A stretch of 63,228 nt of DNA, filler included, from Octopus bimaculoides (taxonomy: Eukaryota): the NCBI RefSeq assembly GCF_001194135.2. It is 7 parts of 6 records of this genome, joined end to end, with 100 filler letters (N's around TTAATTAATTAA, not from the genome) between each part and the next. Parts side by side here need not be neighbours in the genome. Positions count along the whole stretch, not along the records: positions 54,669 to 62,109 come from NC_068986.1; positions 62,210 to 63,228 come from NW_026307502.1; 5 more parts are not named here. One strand, written 5' to 3'. Within the stretch, counting starts at the first letter, position 1, and every line of letters starts with the position of its first letter. Under the pieces are notes generated by a model. That model ran no database searches and was not told the DNA's origin. It saw nothing but the letters and a program-made list of their open reading frames with translations. Both the position numbers and the translations under genes were made by a program. Shown piece after piece: positions 57,950 through 63,228 of this stretch.

Positions 57950-60900
57950 CGCATCATCATCCAGAGCATGCCTTGTCCGCCATTCATTGAGTGTTGACCC
58001 AATAAATGGCGGACTGGACATGCCGTGGTTGATAATGTGCAATTGAACGCGTCCCTTCTCCAAAAAGTGAAGGAACAGGCATTCTAATCCGGAGAGAAGT
58101 AAACAAGGGCAAGGCTCGGTGGTGTGCAGTAACAGTATGATGGAAGTGATATAAAGAGTGCACCACCTCTACCCGATCTTTCAGGGATAGTGTTTTTTTC
58201 TGCCCATTTCTGTGTGAATGGCTACCCTGTTCGTCACCGCATCCTCATTTTTTCTCCACTTGGCAGTCTGGGCCAAACCAACTCCGAGCAATTTAACTGG
58301 TCTATTTGTCCAGTGTCCACGATGCTGTTGTACAGTATGGACCTGCCTTTCCTAAAGCTGAGCAGCAGGTCCACTGGCATTTTTTGGTTGACTTTTGCTC
58401 TTGTCACCTTCTCGTAGTCTCTTTGAGGAGTCCCGATCACCTCAATATGTTTGGTGTCCACCACTATAACAGTGGCGTCATCAACATATGCTGACATGAT
58501 TCTCCCACATCCTAGCTCGCGCGGGGTGCCCCATCGTCTCTAATTTCAGTGGCTCTAGAGTTAGTACATACAGAAGAGACAAGAGGGGACAACCTTGATG
58601 ACCGAATGCATGATACAGATAGGTGGCCTTTCACTCTAACCGTCGAACTGATTCGCTGTACATTAAGACAATCCAACCGCAGGAGACGAGACCGAACCGG
58701 TGCTGTGAGTAGAGCCGCCAACTATTGGAGGTCGATCCTATCGACAGCTTCTGTTAGATCTAAATTGATCGAGTGCTCCATCCATGCCGGGATCCTTACC
58801 CATCCTCCCTCTGATGTTTTGCATGAGGTGAAGAGTGTCTTGCTTGTGCATCACAAATTAGAACATCGACGACAAGCGCCAATCTCTTTGTTAACACCAT
58901 GGTCAAAATTTTGAAATCTGCGTTTGACTGAGTTATAGACCGAAAATTATCGAAGTGATTTCCCTTTTTTTTTTTTGGAAGCGCTACAACTCCTCAACTC
59001 ACAGATTGGAATCCTCTTCTTCTGCTTCTGCTTGCAGTAGATATCAGTCAAGTGATCTCCAAGGTTAGACTATCCAAATGAGGCGATTTTCACCCTGCAC
59101 AGTCAACAATCGCAAACAGTATTTCAGTAGCCGCTATTGTCTATTTGCAATACTCCACTTCTCTTACCAAGCGCGGCAGGCCGTCTGGCAGGCTCTGAAA
59201 TCCACCTTTGTTCCGGTCTGCCATTCATCCCGAACAGTAAACCGAAGTGCTGTTGAAAAGCTGTGCACATCTGCTTCGTGTCGAGTTACATGTGCTCATT
59301 GTGGTTTCCCAAAGACTGCATAGTGCTTTGTTGTCACATAGCAGTGCCAACGTATGCTTAACTAATTTGCTAATACGGTCTCTAAGTTTGAGACACCGAG
59401 AGTGACACGTTCAGCTTCTAGTAACCAGGTGAATTGTGGGCAACTTCTGCTATCCTTCTCTACTGGACTACAGTATATTCTATTTAGATACGACTTGGAT
59501 GATCCGATGCTGTTTGTCCATGCCCACATTAGGAAATCCAGTCGGTACCTGTCAGTTGGAAACGTCTGAATATGTTTTCGCGGCATTTGCATCTCCCTCA
59601 CCTATCAGTTAGCTCCGCACAATCTCAACGTGTACCGAAAATAGCGGCTGTCCTGCTCCTGTCGAAGCATAAACAAATAATTTTAAGGCACACTCTTCAT
59701 CTCTGTTCACGTTCAGCATCACCACCTTCCCTTCTCGGTTCAAGTGATTGGTCCATATCGTAAGATCCAGACCCTTCCGAAACAATACATTTCCACCTTC
59801 TGGTCCCGGTTAGCTCGGTGATAAGTCGATCTCATATCTATCGAAAATGGGCATGAAGGTTTGTGGATTGGAAATTCCAGTGCACTTACACTGCCTATTT
59901 TGAGTAAGGATAGTTGCTAAGTTCTTCCAGTTGGCTGTGGGCATTTCCACAAGCAATTTCTTATAAAGTCTTTTATAGACATTTCATCTGGTAGACATTT
60001 ATGGTAGTGTAATTTATGCTTCCGGGAGGTTGTCCTTGGTTTGGGTGTATAATGGGTTTTTCTAGTGTTTGTAATAATAATTGACTCTGAATTGGTGGTG
60101 ATTGTGAAGATAGTGATGGTGATGTTGATAGTATTAGCGTTGTTGTTTTTAGAGATGGTGTTGGTCTGCCGGTATTGGGAGGTGTTTCTTTCGTCTGTTT
60201 GCGCCTCCGTTTTTTGTGAGTCGGTAGACGGTTGCGAAGATATTTATCTTTTTTTTTTCTTATTACTTGTTACCATTTGCTTTCTTCTCCGTCACCTTCG
60301 CCATACGATATGTCTGAGTGAGAAGAAGTGTCTTCTTTGGGTGGAGTTGTATTTTTGTTTTGTTATTATTTGAGGATTTTCTATTATTGGTGATGTGATG
60401 GGTGTGGTGGCTTTTGGGAGAGGTGTTCCTTTTGTCGTTGTTGTTTTCATTGCTGCTTTTGCAGCTGCTGGTTTTAGCCTTTCGACTGCTGTCATAGTTG
60501 CTGTTGTGGTTGAATTCTGCTGTTGGTGCTGTTAATGTCTGTGGTTGCTGTTGTGGTGATGGTGTTGGCAGAAGTGGTGTCCTTCTCCACTCCTTTGCTG
60601 TGGACAGGAAGCTTTTGGATGGTTTATGTCAACACATAAATGACAGCTTTCAGCTCTCAACGGCCACGCACAAGTTTGTACCACCTTGAAGATTGATCAA
60701 ATTTGGGATGGATTTTATACTTTTATGATCCGTTCATAGATCCATCCTTTGTCCCGAGCAATTATGTTTTTTGTTGTCTCTGAGCCAGCATAATATTACT
60801 TTTGTCCTATATGTCGAAGAGGACCACCGCTACCAAATCAGCAAATGTTTACTTCTGTGGACACACCAACTCTCTTTATGGTTACTATCTTGCAGTCAAG

Positions 60901-61200
60901 GTAAATTGGTATGACGACCAGTTCACCTCGCCACTCTTTAGTGTTGTTCTATCCTGGCCTCAGCCTACGTGGGGTATCTCACGTCTATCGTGCCAAATTA
61001 TTTCCTCCAGTGACTACGTTTTGTGCCCCAAATCGGTTTAAGGCACATCTCTGTTCAGCAACAATGTTATTATGTATGAAACTTACAATTACTGGTATAG
61101 GTGTGACGTGAAAAAAGGTGAAGCTCAACGGGATCGTCCAGAATCGAGAAGTTATGACGTCAGGTTTTGTTTGGTTCTTCAGATCAGAGCCCACCAACGT
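57950..61200 (-). mobile_element. Tx1/L1-clade LINE, degenerate ORF1 (CCHC) + APE endonuclease + RT, 3' end missing
   Basis: CHLCVDINHPKASC knuckle (~60603-60645); EGKVVMLNVN..LFVYASTG, WTNSIGSSKSYLNRI (EN); DNFRSI..ADFKIL, GALINLD, SAYVDD, NGGQGM (RT); same family as 1999-3812. Confidence 0.85.
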
Positions 61201-62071
61201 ATCACAGTAGATAGGGCAGACAGTTCAAAATCAGGGAAATTGGTCAAATAAAGTAATGACTCCTGAAAATTCTTCCAATGAGAGAGAGAGAGATTCGATT
61301 TTTATCACACAAGTTAACGAAAGAGGTTTTTTAAATTCTTGAAAAAGTACCAATTTTGAAAAATGCGCTCGAGGGTGAGTTGAGGGAACGGTCTCTCCCT
61401 TTGCTCCCCTCTTAGCTACGTTGTAACTGGATAGAGTAAAATGTGTATTTTTAGAGGACTAGCAATTGGTAATTGCGGCGTTTGCGCCATTAGATACGTA
61501 GTGAAGTAACATCAGGGCATACTCAACGCTTAGCTTCCAAGTTATATTTATCAGCTGAGTTAATGCTCAGTCAGAGGAGGCGATGCATATGACATTTTCC
61601 TGAGTCTTACTGGTCGGTGGAGAAAGTTATCCACAGACCGGATACCTTGTATGAATGGTGACAACAAAACTGAACACTGCTGAAGGCAACCAGGAACCAG
61701 GTGAAGGTATTAGATTAAGCGGCAGAATGCAAACGATGCACTTCGTTATGTAGATAACTGGTATTTTAAACACATACATCCATTGATTACCTTATATTAT
61801 AAAAGAGACGCTGATCTCCGTCTGTCTGCCCGTAACAACATCTGTGTATAGAGAGGAAAGAAGGGGGAAGGTTGTTGTTGAGAGAGAAATACAATGAGAG
61901 GGAGAGAAAGAGAGTGAGAGAGAGATTGAAAGATAAATAGTGTTGTCACCTTAGTAACCAACAAATTTTCATTAAAAACGTGTGAATTTTAAGTGCAAGT
62001 CTGCCAACACAACGCAACACAGACTTCAAAAAAGACTATATGCATATATATATAACAGTTTTTTTAGCTGC

Positions 62072-62107
<36 letters not shown>

Positions 62108-62210
62108 GTNNNNNNNNNNNNNNNNNNNNNNNNNNNNNNNNNNNNNNNNNNNNTTAATTAATTAANNNNNNNNNNNNNNNNNNNNNNNNNNNNNNNNNNN
62201 NNNNNNNNNA

Positions 62211-62644
62211 AGATGGGCTACAGCAAATATTCTTCTTAATACCACAGATTTGCTTGTCATTTGTTCGGCCTTAACCAGTTGAGCATGTCTCTTGGTGGCT
62301 GACGATATGTGCATCTCTGATCACAAGCAGAAGTAGTGGGGCGGGGAGCATCATAGCCACGTGTTGAGAGGAATTCTTTAGGGTTTGGATAATTCACCTT
62401 TGGAAACATGGGTGTTTTGCTCAACATCCTTAAACAAACCTTATTTAGGGACCTTTTGAGTAGGATGTGCTACTCGACATGAAGAAAATTGTAACTGGGC
62501 ACCAGATCACCATGTCGCGCACATATGGTTGTGATGCATGTGCCTGGTGTACCCTTATCAGACGGGTAGTCATGATGGGTATACTGGGCTTTGTATATTT
62601 TACCCCAGAGTCACTTTGATGGCATGCACTTCTCTCTCACTCAA

Positions 62645-62693
<49 letters not shown>

Positions 62694-62705
62694 TAATAAT
62701 AAATA
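62211..62705 (+). repeat. Unclassified interspersed repeat ending in (AAT)n
   Basis: Higher-GC segment terminating CACTTCTCTCTCACTC(AAT)n; no second copy in the window. Confidence 0.4.
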
Positions 62706-63174
62706 ATCCTTTCTACTAAACGTAGAAGGCCCGGCATTTCGGAGGATTGGATATATCAATAAGTCAATCGTAATAGGAGACATTTATTTTCGTTACTACA
62801 TCAAAATTGTGATGTATGAGGAGAATAGTGAGAAAATAAGAATTGGAGACTTACCTGAAATGGAAGGTAATGGTTGGCTGGTCATCGATCTTATGTTTAG
62901 TCTGATATTGTTGTTTCGTTTGTTCTATCAAAAATTCAGAAACATAAGTAATGTATTTAAGTATAAACCAGGTCAGACGCGACCTAACTTTTCTCAGCCA
63001 CTCAAACTTACTAAGCGTTTTACAATTCGCATATATATTTAACGCGCTCGATTTTACCTCTAACCACAACTCTTTTGCAGTAACTAATTTGCTTCTATTC
63101 ATATGTGTGTTTGTACGTGTGTGTGTGTGTATGCTTGTATGTATGTATATATTTATACGCACACAAGCATATCT

Positions 63175-63228
63175 CTTTTCTCTTTTACTCTTTTACTTGT
63201 TTCAGTCCTTTGACTGTGGCCATGCTGG
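63175..63228 (-). mobile_element. SINE family B tail (cut by the window end)
   Basis: CTCTTTTACTCTTTTACTTGTTTCAGTC..GACTGTGGCCATGCTGG. Confidence 0.85.

Noticed and set aside
62855-62925. Minus-strand exon-like segment ending TTTCAG|GTAAGT
   Set aside because: Short, no recognisable product, and antisense within the presumed intron; splice-like motifs arise by chance

Overview
Eukaryotic, AT-rich, repeat-dominated genomic DNA with many N gaps. The SINE families and the (TA)n/(CA)n/(TACA)n microsatellite load look like a cephalopod (Octopus-like) draft assembly; this is inference. Only one host coding signal is recognisable: a 24-nt first coding exon (MSWGIELW, 47149-47172, +) of an FNBP1/FNBP1L (Toca-1/Cip4) F-BAR gene, whose intron 1 apparently fills the rest of the window. 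One orphan candidate exon sits near 19.9 kb. The rest is decayed mobile DNA: Penelope-like (PLE) RT and GIY-YIG fragments, two Tx1/L1-clade LINEs (one spanning ORF1-EN-RT), RTE, R4/Dong-like and HERO-like fragments, a Mag-type Gypsy element hit by several nested insertions, a deleted two-LTR retrotransposon, a Chapaev3-like DNA transposon with TIRs, mariner and Merlin-like MITEs, several tRNA-derived SINE families and an interstitial telomere-like array. The most interesting system is a tRNA-headed SINE whose 3' tail carries a minimal Penelope-type hammerhead ribozyme. It occurs three times, twice as a TSD-flanked fold-back with an inverted copy of the tail. A second notable item is a SINE that shares a ~43-nt 3' stem-loop tail with a Tx1/L1 LINE. 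Most ORFs in the supplied track are microsatellite or N-gap artefacts. Family names come from remembered motifs, not from database searches.
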